This document shows, piece after piece, positions 22,201 to 34,582 of a DNA stretch of 64,000 bases. The position numbers and the translations under genes are program-made. The stretch covers positions 19,187-83,186 of the forward strand of contig NIVC01003679.1 of assembly GCA_002269645.1 (NCBI GenBank), given 5' to 3'. The notes under the pieces are model-generated. The model ran no database searches. It saw only the letters and a list, made by a program, of their open reading frames with translations, and was not told the origin of the DNA. The number at the start of each line of letters is the position of its first letter. Within the stretch, counting starts at the first letter, position 1. The DNA comes from Macrostomum lignano (taxonomy: Eukaryota).

Positions 22201-25200
22201 ACGGACGGTGGTCGGAGGTGATCGACGCTACGCTCGCAACGCCCAGACTCTACCAGAGTATTGGAGCGTGGCGGGTGCTTCCAGTGTCCTCACTCTCGGA
22301 TCACAAGTTCATCTCCTTCAACCTAATGGCCGCGCGTTGCGCAACTCGTGTTACGTGGAGACGGAACGCCAGAAATACTGATTGGGAAACCTTCGGGCTC
22401 GCCCTGAAGGAATTCCATCGGTCTCCTGGCCAACCATCCACGATCACGTCGTGCCGAGAGGCGGATGAGTGCGCGACTGTTTTGACAGAGACGCTAACCG
22501 CCGCCTTTGAGGCGTCCTGCCCTTTAAAAGCCTATAAAGGGAAAAAAATCCGCGCCGTGGTGGAATCCCGAGCTCGGCAACCTCCGTCGCAGGGCTAAGA
22601 GACTCCACCGCAGAGCAACTAAAACTAAGAGCCCAGCGGACCAAACCGCCTATCATGAAGCAATTCATGAGTTTAAAAGGCAGGTTAGGAATGCAAAGGC
22701 TCAAAAATGGCGACAATACTGTGAGGAGCTAGAGGGCTCACGCCCCACCTCTAGAGTTGTGAAAGCGCTCACGCTGGACAAAATGTCTAAGCTCTCCTCG
22801 GTCAAACGCACCGACGGTACGTCCACGGACAACCCAGGGGAAACGCTTGATGTAATGCTCACTGCGTTCTTCTCCAACGAGCCAGCTAACCCGACCACTC
22901 CGGATCACTCGGAGGGAGGTCACGCGCTGGCCGCCTCTATCATCACGGAGGACCGCATCGTGAGAGCGGCTAATTCCTTCAAGCCTTTCAAAGCCCCAGG
23001 ACCCGACGGCATTGTACCGGCCCTCCTAAGAGAGGCTGTTAAATGCCCAGGCTTCCTGCGCAAACTTTGCAGCCTTCTTCGGGCATGCATCACGCTTGAT
23101 TATGTCCCACAGGCATGGACCGAGGCAAAGGTGATCTTTATCCCTAAGCCAGGCCGCCCGGACTACCATTCTATCAAATCCTTCAGACCGATCAGCCTGA
23201 CCTCCTCCCTGGTCAAGCTGATGGAGAGACTGGTGCTTTGGCGCCTTCTCTCTGTTGAGCTGAAGAACAAACCTCTCAGCGAGAACCAGCACGCTTTTCG
23301 GGCGGGTCGCTCCACTGAAAGCGCGCTGCACGTCCTGGTCGATAAACTCGAGAAGGCCGTGCTTGGTAATGGCTTTGCTCTGGGGATCTTCCTGGACATC
23401 ATTGGCGCCTTCGATAACGTCCTCTTTGAGGCGTTCCGAAGAGCTCTTTGTGAGAGGCAAACGCACTCACATCTCACCAGATGGATCATGTATATGATCA
23501 GCCATCGCACGGCCACCGCCAGTCTGCTGGGCTACCAGAGGACGGTCCCCGTCTGCAAAGGTAGCCCGCAAGGTGGGGTGCTGTCTCCAGTTCTCTGGAA
23601 TATGGTCATCGATGAGCTCCTCCGGGATGTTCGGCCTGACCCCATTCTGAAAGTTGGATATGCGGACGATGTCACCGCGGTGGCATCTGGTCCGTCCCCT
23701 GATACCCTCAGGGACCTTCTTCAGAACTTCATCTACGCCGCTGAGCAATGGGCGTACCGCTGTGGTTTAAGGCTCTCTGAGACTAAGACCGCAGCGATCA
23801 TGTTCACCAGCAGGACCAAGTGGCAGATTCGGCCGCTCACGCTTTACGGAAGGGAAATCCCCTTCTGCAAGCAGACTAAATGTCTGGGTATTACCCTGGA
23901 CCACAGGCTGAACTGGTCACCCCACGTTCAAGCAAAAGCCAAAAAGGCCTTCGTAGTCCTCGCGCAATTGCGCAGGGCTGTCGGCACCACCTGGGGGCTC
24001 ACCCCCAAGCGCCTCTGGTGGATCTACACTGCAATGGTTAGGCCCGCTATCTCGTATGGCGGCCTGATCTGGGCTAGCGCCCTGCAGGTAAAGACCTGTC
24101 TAGAGGCTCTCAGGAGAGCGCAAGGGCGCGCATGTCGCATGATCATGAGCGCCCCTCCGTCTGCTCCTTACGATGGCCTCAACGCCTTCCTCAACATTCC
24201 TCCGCTGGAAATCTTTGTCCGCAGGGAAGCGGCTAAGACTGCCCGCCGTCTAGCTGACGCTGGCATTCGAATCCAGCCCCATAGGGCCATGGCTAAGCGC
24301 AAGCTTTTGCCCCACGCTGACCTCTGCCTCAAGGACTTGAGAGACAGCGGCGGGCTCCACGTCTTATCTGACGGCGAACCCCGCACTCTCAACCTCTTTC
24401 AGCGCTACAAGGTCACCATCCCCTCTAGGGATGCTGCCAATGACCACTGGAAATTCCAGGAGGTCCATTGCTACACGGACGGATCCATCAAAGACGGTCG
24501 CGCCGGCTTTGGGGTCTGCATCATCATCGACGGCCGCGTAATTGCCACGCATGCCCAGCACACTGGTAGACTCTCCACAGTCTTCCAGAACGAAGTTCTT
24601 GCCATCAGCTCTTGCGCTGCAGAGCTGAACGCCAAGGGTACGAGAGGAAAGACTATTGTCATCCACTCCGACAGCCAAGCGGCCTTACAGGCCCTTTGCC
24701 ACACCACAACGAACTCCCGGACAGTCGCCGACTGCGCCCGGCAGCTCAACCTCCTGGCCAGTAGCAATACTGTCAGGCTGAAATGGATCCCAGGGCACGC
24801 AGGCTTTCCGGGGAACGAGCTGGCAGACACCCTCGCCAAGAGGGGCGGCTCTGGCTCTTTCTTCGGCCCTGCCCCCCTGGTCCCTATGCCCTTGACAGTC
24901 ATCAATCGTCAGATCGACGACTGGGCTGACTCCCTCCACAGGGACAGATGGGCGGGCACCCAAAACTGCCGGCAATCTCGTGCCGCGGTTCCCTGCCCGT
25001 CTCGCAGGCTCAGAAACATCCTTCTGAACCAGAATCGGAAGGATATTCGAGCCCTTGTCATGACCCTTACTGGCCATGGCTACCTCGCCAGGCACTGCTT
25101 CCTCCGAGGTGACCTCGAGAGCGAACTTTGCCCCTTTTGCGAGTACGACAATGAAGATGCTCAGCACTTTGTTTGTCACTGCCCTTTCTTTAACAGAGAC

Positions 25201-26789
25201 CGGCTACGCTACCTTGGGCCGAACCCGTCCATTGACGAGGTCTGCCAGCCCGACAGCATCCCACGGCTCATCCAGTTCCTTCGGGCGACTAGACGAGCCA
25301 GTTTCTTCCCAACGGAAGATCACGCTGCAGGACGGACCGGCGGACCACCCAGACTGGCCCCACGCCTCTGCCTGTCTGCGGACCTTCAGGGGCTAGCGGA
25401 ATGGGCGACCCTCGCCTCCCCGCTGTGTCTACGGACCACCCTGCAGCTAAGTCAAGTAAGTAAGTCAAGTCCCCCAACAGACACCCCAGTCCCTCAGCAG
25501 ACACCCCAGTCCATCAGCAGACACCCCAGTCCCCCAGCAGACACCAAAGTCCATCAGCAGACAACCCAGTCCATCAGCAGACACCCCAGTCCATCAGCAG
25601 ACACCCCAGTCCATCAGCAGACACCCAAGTCCATCAGCAGACACCCCAGTCCATTAGCAGGCACCCCAGTCCATCAGCAGACACACACCAGTCCCTCAGC
25701 AGACACCCCAGTCCATCAGCAGCCGGTACCTTGAGCTGACTGGCCAGCTGTTTGCCCTCCTCCTCGCAGACCCGCCTGGAGTGCACCAGGTCAACCTTGT
25801 TGGCCACCAGAATCATGGGGTAGTGCTCCTTGTCTTTCACGCGCAGGATTTGCGTGTGAAAATGGCGCATATCGTCGAAGCTCTTACAATCGGTGACGGA
25901 GTACACCAGCAGGAAGCCGTCACCCTTGCGCATGTACTGCTCGCGCATGGCAGAGAACTCCTCCTGGCCTGCGGAGAGGGGACGGGCTGGGGAGCTGAGA
26001 CTGAGGGAAGTTGGGATTTGAGCAATTTAAGGATAGCTCAGTAGCTCTATGGTTAGATGGATTAATAAAAGACGGGGATGGGAAGAGGCAGGTAGGGATT
26101 GGATTTCAAGGATGGGAAGAGGATGGTAGGGATGGGATTTGGAATGGGAAGAGGCTGGTAGGGATGGGATTTGGAGTACGAAGAGGCTGGTAGGGATTGG
26201 ATTTAGGATGGGAAGAGGATGGTAGGGATGGGATTTGGGGTACGAAGAGGCTGGTAGGGATTGGATTTAGGATGGGAAGAGGATGGTAGGGATGGGATTT
26301 GGAGTACGAAGAGGCTGGTAGGGATTGGATTTAGGATGGGAAGAGGATGGTAGGGATGGGATTTGGGGTACGAAGAGGCTGGTAGGGATGGGATTTGGAA
26401 TGGGAAGAGGCTGGTAGTGATGGGATTTGGGGTACGAAGAGGCTGGTAGTGATGGGATTTGGGGTGGGAAGAGGCTGGTAGTGATGGGATTTGGGGTGGA
26501 AAGAGGCTGGTAGGGATGGGATTTGGAATGGAACGAGACCAGTAGGGATCCTCACAAGCAGCAAGGCAGCAGACCTACCAGCTGTATCCAGGACATCCAG
26601 CAAGTACCAGTCGCTGCCAATCATCTTGTACTGGATGTAGGAGTCCTCAATGGTTGGGTCATAGTCCTGCACAAACATCTTCTGGAAGAACTGAATGGTG
26701 AGTGCACTCTTGCCAACACCGCCATTGCCAACTACTACTAGCTTGTAAGTTTTGATGTTCTCGTCACAGTTGGGAGGTCTGTTGGCCAT
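19241..26789 (-). CDS. MRAS: M-Ras-like small GTPase, 197 aa
   Basis: Exons 26789-26579, 25968-25730 and 19384-19241 splice in frame (phases 1, 0). [77 protein letters not shown] (M-Ras-type) and a C-terminal RRKRKCRVM CaaX box. Confidence 0.93.
19480..19708 (+). repeat. 20-bp minisatellite (CAGCAGACACCCCAGTCCAT)n, left part, split by the LINE
   Basis: The same array resumes at 25468-25722. Confidence 0.92.
19709..19957 (+). ncRNA. Candidate HDV-like self-cleaving ribozyme at the LINE 5' end
   Basis: P1 GCACGCG (19709-15) with CGCGTGT (19907-13), including a G1.U wobble; P2 CCCAG with CTGGG; P3 GG(G)/(C)CC closing loop TACTCGT; P1.1 AC/GT; P4 hairpin; J4/2 CAGA. Folded by hand. Confidence 0.72.
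20179..21645 (+). CDS. LINE ORF1, split by one in-frame TGA at 20839-20841
   Basis: ORFs 20179-20841 and 20917-21645 are in the same frame, and the sequence between them is open ([13 protein letters not shown]). No CCHC knuckle seen. Confidence 0.75.
21648..25734 (+). CDS. LINE ORF2 (AP endonuclease, reverse transcriptase, RNase H, CCHC finger) with a +1 frameshift at A7 22542-22548
   Basis: APE motifs QINLQH, VQEPW, GDINAHH..WGS and SDH; RT motifs [32 protein letters not shown] and YADD; RNase [19 protein letters not shown] and [15 protein letters not shown]; [14 protein letters not shown]. Confidence 0.9.
25468..25722 (+). repeat. 20-bp minisatellite, right part
   Basis: Continuation of the 19480-19708 array. 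Confidence 0.92.
26085..26530 (+). repeat. ~30-bp purine-rich minisatellite in MRAS intron 1
   Basis: GGGATGGGATTTGG(R)GTACGAAGAGGCTGGTA-like units. Confidence 0.9.
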
Positions 26790-28147
26790 GCTGCCCCCAC
26801 TGGATGGCTCAGGAGTTCAGAATCAGTACAAAATTACATTTTGAGCATTCCCATTAAGCACAAATCCATTGACTAAGAAATACATTAAATTTAGGATAAA
26901 GATAGATATTTAAAATTTTATCAATAACTCTAAAATAGAGGTACATATCATACAGATATAAATAAAATATGATTAACGATAAGGCCATATTATTTTTAGC
27001 TGTTAGATTTTAATTTCTCTAAGGTCCTAAGATTTTTAGATTATAGGAATATAATTAGGATTCATTGGTCTATCTACTATATTAAGCATATACAGGTTAG
27101 GTTAGATAAGTTAGTTTAGGTTAGAGGTTAAATAATTTAACCTCTTTAGATAGGTTAGATAGATTAGGCAAGACTTGCATCCCAAATATGCTAAATAATA
27201 TCCCAATTATTTTATAGTCAGGATTAGGTATTCTGCCTTATTTCTATAGAACTTATAATTTTTAATATTAATAAAGAAAAACATTTTATAAATACAAAAA
27301 GTAGCAATTCAAATGTATAATTTTTAAAACATACTGTAAATATTTATTTTTAATTTTTCTTTTTGTATAGATCTAAGTGTATAGTAATGCCAAAATATTA
27401 TTTTTTTGCATAGAATTTACCTTAAATTTGTGTCAAAAGGCTATTGTTCTACCTTTTAAAATATTGAAGTGATGCCACCAATGTTGTGTTAGGGATAATG
27501 GTTCTTTCTTAAAATAATCATACCATTGCCAATAAGAAGTGATAGGGGATTTACTGCCCTCTTAACAATATTCTAGAGCTGCTACCAAACTTGTTATAAT
27601 AGGATAATCAACCTCTGAGCATAATTCTTAGAATATACTTGAGTATTTATCCAAGTATAAATTATGGAAGACCTTTTTTATTCATTTTTTGTATGCAAAA
27701 ATCTAACTTTTTATGCATTTCAAATCTACACAATTACTAAGAACAACATTTTGTTATACTGTACAAATTTTTCAAAATATTTTTCCAATTTTTTTTTCCT
27801 TTAAATAGTCAAGAAAAATAGTATAAATAGAAGCAATTTTGGGCAATGAGAAGCATGGCTCATTTGAGCTTTGAATCAGCCTTTATCCTTTACTAGTTAA
27901 TTAAGAAATTGTTAATGAGTTCCAAAGAGATCCTTTTCAAGAAGTGATTTTCCAAGCTAATTCATTTTATAATGAAGTGAAATAGGAGGGAGTGCATACA
28001 GTATATACTACTAAGTAGAACATTGGAAGGAGAAATACAAAGTAGATCTCAAAACATATAAGGACAATGACCCTCTGATCTCAGTAATGCCCAGGACTAG
28101 AAAGAATATACATGCAACATTGCAGTGTGGATACTAGTAGTAATAAT

Positions 28148-28550
28148 TAGAGGTCGGACAAGCAGAAAATTTTGGTCGGGCGTGAAATTTCGTGAAATTT
28201 TCAAAGTTGGGCAGTGATCATGATCGTGAATTTATATTTACATACACATATTTTGAGCTCGTAAGTTACAAGTGTTGAAAATAACAAAACAAGAAAAGAA
28301 ATATTTATAAATTGATAATAGCTACTCAGTAATTCTGTCAAATCAACAAATTTAAAATCTATTACTCTTTTACACATTTGTGTTCACATATTTTGGTAAA
28401 CCAAGTAGAAAAGTTATACTTCTAATAAAAATGTAATAAAGTGGAAATTCACGACTATCGTGAATAGGTTTCAAGGAAATCACGATCGTGAAAAAAATGG
28501 TCGTGAATTCACGAAATTGTGATCACGATCGTGATCACATCCGACCCCTA
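28148..28550. mobile_element. hAT-like MITE (~400 bp)
   Basis: TIR TAGRGGTCGGA (28148-58 and 28540-50); imperfect 8-bp TSD GTAATAAT/ATAATAAT; subterminal CGTGAA/TCACGA repeats. Confidence 0.7.
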
Positions 28551-29657
28551 ATAATAATAGTAATATAATTGCTTAGTCCAAATTTGCACATAATGCTAGC
28601 AGAATGACATTGAGAATGCTATTAGTATAGAGCAGAAACACTACCAATAAAAGGGATAGCAAGTGCTTAGAATAATACTTAGATTTCTTAGAATAATATG
28701 TAGATAAATACTTAGAATTATCCTAATAATAATTCTCAGTCATATACTTAGAGGCATTCTTTCATTTTACAAAACTTGTATTTTGTGTCAATTTCATTAC
28801 ATGTATAATATCCAATAGAAAATAATGAGGATTGAAAAAGTACAGCATGTTTGCAAAACAATTGTAACTAATAGAGCACAATTCTTATATGTTTATTCAC
28901 TTTCATTATATGATACCCTAAATGGATAATTTGTTAAGAATGCATTGCAAAACAAAAGTAAGAAGAGATGTAACAAAGAAACAAAAGACCCTAAAAATAA
29001 AATCCTTTTCTTGTTGAATTAAAAAAAGAGCTAACAGAATTTCATTTTGCTGCCATGGCTAGAAAGAAATAGGTATAATAATATTAAGAACTCAATGTTA
29101 CAACGATAAGAATATTGTGTGTCTATGTCCAATTCTTACTATTTCCCCATATTTTTGTTTCTATCCGCCCTCACTTTTGTTTTATAATGCATTCTTAACA
29201 AATTCTCTATTTAAGGTATTGTATAACAAAAGTGAATATAAGGATTGTGTTTTATTAAGCTACAATTATAGAATTTAGATTTTTGTAATCATGTCTACAT
29301 TTTGTCATTTATTTCAATTCTTACTATTTTCTATTGGGTATCATATAACAAAATTGATTCAAATAACCAATTGGACTAGGCCTATAGGTATTGTAATAGG
29401 CCTACAAAAGAATGCCTAGGCCTACCTAGACAATTACTTAGACTAATACCCAGACTAATTCTAAGAAATTAGCTCTAGATTTAGACCCTTGTAACAATTT
29501 TAATTAGGCCTATCATAGTAGGATATTTACAGTGAGAAGCAAAACCTTGATAATAAAATATATAAGTCTTACTTAAGTATAGGCCCTGTATCTAGGTATT
29601 TGTAGGCTGTAGCTCAACTAATCCATATATATGCTAATATATGTTGATTTAATATCT

Positions 29658-29750
29658 GTCGCCAGATTGTCTGTCACCGGATTGACTGTTGCCGGATTGT
29701 CTGTCGCCAGATCGTCTGTCGCCGGATCATCTTGTTGCCGGATTGTCTGG
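29658..29750 (+). repeat. 15-bp degenerate tandem repeat (TGTCGCCGGATTGTC)n
   Basis: About 6 copies; resembles subterminal repeats of a DNA transposon, with no partner arm found. Confidence 0.7.
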
Positions 29751-30617
29751 AAGCCGTCTTAGCATATATCTAAGTAGTTCTTACTTATTGTTCTTACTAG
29801 TGGCAGTCTACATAAACTTGAGTGGTAATAGATATTATTGTTATTAATAATAAAAATATATTTCATTTGCATTGCATGCATGATGCCTATCAGTTCCAGT
29901 ATTGGGCATTTCCAAGATTAAAAGGTCACAGCCTTTTGTATTCTTGAATACTTGACCTCAGTTTAAATTTATTTATTCTATTTTCATCTGTGGTCTATCT
30001 AAATTCATAGACAGCATAGATTACATTTAGTGACTGAGTTTAAATCTTAAATCTGGTCTGGGTGGGGGCTCTGGTGTGGTGTCCTGATTTCAGCCACACT
30101 TTAAATAAGTAACAGCCCTTAAGTACAGCATTAAGCCCTAAGCCCTCAGCGAAATCTAGATTCACTCTAGTTAGCTACAAGATTTTATTCTAGTTAGTTA
30201 CAAGGTTAAATGATATGATAGGCCTAACGGATAAGGACTATTATTATTTTTGCTACTTTAATAACTCGTAGGCCTAGTTAGTTCATGTAAACAGAAGTTT
30301 TAAAAACGCGCAATTAAATGTGTAAATTATGACTCGTTCGTTTACTACGAATAAGCTGAGAGCATTAGTGAATTTTCTCAAGGCAGGAATTACGCCTTTA
30401 CACTGATAGTACTGCATAAGAATTTTGCTATACCTGTTATTCTGCTTTTAATATAATAGCTCGAAAGCAGGTACTATGCCGATGAGAATCAGATTAAGCA
30501 TGTTCGACGAGCACGGTCAATGCAATTACGATTTCCTCTGGCGCGCAATCCTTGTTTTAAATCCCTGCGCTCCAGCTTCGAAACTCCACACTTTAACCGG
30601 ATATTAAAAGGCCTGGC

Positions 30618-30990
30618 AGGGGCGCCGTAGCCCAGCGGTCTAGCGCAGGCTCTGGTGTGCCAGCGACCCAGGCTCGATTCCAAGTGCAGTCACATTAATT
30701 TGGGGCTGAATTGGAATCTCGGCTTGGCTCTGCTCGTGCAATTAACGGCCTTGAGAGCCAACCCCCCAAGGCGCAGTGAAGTGTACATGCCTAACGATAA
30801 AATAAAGTTAGGGCCCCTGTACACTCCTGTGTGAGTGTGTGCCTGCATACGTATCCGCGCGCTTGTATGCCTGCTCAGGGGAGTCGGCGGAATGGGCAGT
30901 AATGCCTCTCGTCGGTTGTGTGCCTATGTCGCCTAAAGTGCGCCAGGGTGCACACAACCCCCCTGCCTCTAATCTAATAAAAATAAAAAA
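30618..30990 (+). mobile_element. tRNA-derived SINE
   Basis: GGGGCGCCG head; A box TAGCCCAGCGG (30628-38); B box GGCTCGATTCC (30671-81); A-rich tail TAATAAAAATAAAAAA; direct repeat GCCTGGC at 30611-17 and 30991-97. Confidence 0.75.
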
Positions 30991-31350
30991 GCCTGGCCAC
31001 GCTTAATATCTTATGCAGTACATGTTCCAGCACCCTTAATTGACTAATAACTTGCTGGAAACATTTCATGGAGTGTATTTACACTTAAGTTTTATTTTTG
31101 TTCCATGGGCATGTAAATTTACACTTCATACATGTGTATAGTTATGCTGTGGAATACTAAGAATGAGTATTATGTCAAATGGCAAACGGCAAATGATCAT
31201 TCTTACCCGCGGGCTCTTTTGGAATCTGAGTATGGTATAATGATATTTTATATAAATTTACATGATATATGTGATGAGGACGCATTTTTTCCGAATCCCG
31301 CGCTCGCACATATGGGCTCTAAACTTACTAGCCTACGAACAGTGAGCAAT

Positions 31351-31552
31351 GGGCATTTTTATCCTTTTTCTGCGAATTGTTTGGTCATGCTAGTATAGTA
31401 GTCATAATAACATAGGCGCAGCTTTTTGGGTCATAAATCATGCTTTGGGTCATAAATTTGGGCAATGGGCATTTTTATCCTTTTTCTGCGAATTGTTTGG
31501 TCATACTAGTAGTCATAATAACATAGGCGCAGCTTTTTGGGTCATAAATCAT
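31351..31552 (+). repeat. Local tandem duplication (~90-bp unit, two copies)
   Basis: GGGCATTTTTATCCTTTTTCTGCGAATTG..GGGTCATAAATCAT occurs twice. Confidence 0.85.
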
Positions 31553-34500
31553 CGCTTTCGAAGCTGGTCTGACAGCCACCTGCGCCTCACTCAGTGTTGA
31601 GGCGGGCGCCAGATGGTCTGAGAGGATGCGGGCGGTAGCTTTTTTCGCATCATTTTAACAGGCCATAAAGATTTATGAGGTCAGAGCCTATTGTTCGTGT
31701 TCACTCAAGCGTGTGACAACTTTGACAGCTATGCGTTTTACCCCCAAAAGTACTTTGGGATTAGCGATTAGTGATTTCTCTTCATTCTCTTCACTTTCTA
31801 TTTAATAAGAGCTTTTTAATGTATATTTTTTTATTAATTTTTGTCAATTCTACGCGAAAAGTCATAAATGATTTTGTTGCGATTTTGATTGATTTATGGC
31901 CGCACCTGTCATGTTTTTACGACCCCGAGGGAACTGATAGGATCTCCCGGTCACGTGATTCTGGGTAGCAACAAGCTTAGCCAATCAGAAAATTCGACGC
32001 TCATTTTAACAAATCGGCTCAGCCAATCAGAATCGACGTGTTCCATTATAACAAACTGCGGTCCAGTTGGCGGCTATTTAAACCAGTGTTTTTGGCCCGC
32101 TTGGACCAACTCAATCTGAAGTGCGAAGTGATCTAAGGAGAAGGTTAAATCTAACAGTTATTTTTATCGGTTTTATTTCTTTGTTCGCCGATGGCTCAGA
32201 TGAGTAGCTAAGCTAGTAGGCGCCGGTCACAGTGGACCAATGGCAAGGCAGTTCTCAGTCGATCAATCTATCAAATCAGTTAGCGAAATTGCCAATAGTG
32301 CAGAATCGGCGCCAGAGATGTACTCTGTGCACTCTAGGTTAGCCAAGCGGCTCGGGTAACGAATCATGCGGTCTCTGATGTTCGAGTTAGTCTATCATCA
32401 CCGCTATGAGAGGCTAGTTGGCGCGTTGAAGGCCAAAAGTACAATTCCTCGTATTTAGCAATGTAATAGTACATGTAGCTACCCCATAGTCTCGCCACTG
32501 CAGGAATCCCCTGCACAAGTCCCCTCTGTACCTGCGTGGCCAATGCGATCTAGTCCCAGCAGTGTCCCTTAACATCGGCTATGACTTCGAGATTGACAGC
32601 AAAAAGACACTAGTTGGCAGGTAAGTGCAAAGCCCCTTCTAGTCGGAAGCCCGATTTCGAGAGCCCCTGTGTGGTGAGCCAGGACGTACGGGCTGGTGGA
32701 AGCGAGTTAGCTAATCTGCGGATTAACTAATTTCTACCTTCAAAATTCTCCCTGCTCGTCTCTCGCTGTCCCTCTCTTAGCTATAGGACCTAGACTGCTC
32801 GCTACTCGATCAAGCTACCATGGGGCTGACCATCTGACAGGAGTGGGGGGCCAGGTCTCTAATTGATTTATTTCTGAGCCTGAGGCCCGAAGGCTTCCCC
32901 ACAAGGGGGCCGAAAGGTCGAAACCCATCATATGCCTTAATTGACATACATGTAATGTGCACGTGATTTTCTCTGCAAAAAATAAACTTAAATTCATATT
33001 TTTTGTTATGCATATTCTTCAACCTGCAATTTTGCTAACTATATAGGCTCCTGTAAGCTTTCCACTCATTTCCCGTCCAATCCGCAAGAGACCATGATAT
33101 TGCACTGCTCTGACACACATATTATGTACGAGTACGTAGACATTTAGTCAGTAGGGGTAGCTCACTCTGCGGCTGCAATTTAACTTGGCTAAGGGGCGCG
33201 CTGTAATTAAGCATGAACTTCAGCACTCATGCACATATCATATGCATGTACAATCCCATCTCTTTAAATTCCTATTTTAATTATGTACGTCTCCCACATC
33301 CCAAATGAGATATAGCTGGAAAGCAAACGTACCACAGTCCCACAGCGGCTGTCATGTGTATAAGCTACAGTATAATCTCAGCTCACTTAGTGTACAATTG
33401 CTTAAAAAATCGCTCGCATTGAATTACCACCAAACAATATAATATAGCATTTTCAAGCCAATTGAGCCTAATAGAAGCAAGCAGTTTAATCCTTAGTGGG
33501 AAATCAAGCTATTGAAGACTTGTTTTTCATTGAATAAATCTTGAACGCTAGCGAGTGCATCAAGATCACGAGTGAGCGTTCATGATTTCCATTCTTGTTT
33601 GAGCCATTCCTGCACGAAAGTATTAGACTGGATAGACTAGAGTGGGAAGAATGTGACGGGTGTGTGGTGTGTGGGTGTCACTTGTGACCGATAGTTTTGA
33701 CCATAGACAAATGTATGAGCGTAATTAAAGCAGTGCCTGGATGGAATGGATCAGATTTTTACCTGCGACCGAGGCCGCGTGTAGGCTCCGATGGCCTGTG
33801 GTACACAAAAAGGCAATTGGCATCAATACGCTAGGACCTACAGTGTAGGCTAAAGCGCATCTCTGCTAGTGCCGAGCTGTCGCGACCCTACACAGCGCAT
33901 TGTGTACGGCCTACTGTAGTGACGGTGCTACACGAAGCTGGAATTTCGACAAAGACTATCACGAAGGTGACTGGGCACAAGGTAATCTCCAGATTTACTT
34001 GAAGTACATTAGCTAATTAAAACAACTGGTGTCATATCCTAAATTATCTAATAATCATCCATGTTCCATTATTGATTTGCAGACAAGTATACATTGGTAG
34101 AAAGGTACATCAGGCAAGGAAGAAAGAGAGAGGGCATCATGGCCAAGATGAGCAACCACTTGACAGAGGCTCTCGCCGGGCATACGGCTCGTACGCCACC
34201 AATTGAAGGAACTAGCGGCAACGGGTCGGCCGAAATAGTGGAAATATCCGAGCAGCCTTTTGGCACAGCTTCTGCATTGCGAATTGGCGCACCGTCAAAA
34301 AAACTGAAGATTTTAGCCGACGGTACCAACAACATTGTGCCGTGTGTATTTGACATTTGACGTTCGATATTTGACATTTGACATTGCTTTTTGTATTTTC
34401 TATAGTTGTGTCCTGATCGTTTCTGTACTGTTACTAACTGTTGTCATGGATAATAAAATAAATGCGTAAAATGTGTCAGCGTGCAGGAACGCTCTCTGTT

Positions 34501-34582
34501 GGACGTTTTAATGAATATCGACCATAGACAATATCATTCCTGCACGATTTACATCATTCCCACGCGCTAGCTCAAACAAGAA

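Larger units (their letters stand above)
19709..25467 (+). mobile_element. Full-length non-LTR retrotransposon (APE-RT-RNase H; I/R1/LOA-like group) in MRAS intron 2
   Basis: 15-bp TSD AGTCCCCCAACAGAC at 19694-19708 and 25468-25482; 3' tail of TAAG/CAAG repeats; 5' UTR, ORF1 and ORF2 present. The clade assignment is from domain order and is tentative. Confidence 0.95.

Noticed and set aside
26740-26760. GNGGVGKS P-loop as an activating Ras variant
   Set aside because: The N is at the position equivalent to HRAS A11 (D in M-Ras); the G12 and G13 equivalents are intact.
32874-32930. Hammerhead-like CTGA..GGCCC..GGGCCGAAA
   Set aside because: The core is not CUGANGA, and the base that should pair with A15.1 is C; at best a decayed relic.
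33885-33925. TACACA/TGTGTA hairpin as a Helitron 3' end
   Set aside because: No clean CTRR terminus, 5' TC end or Rep/helicase remnant.
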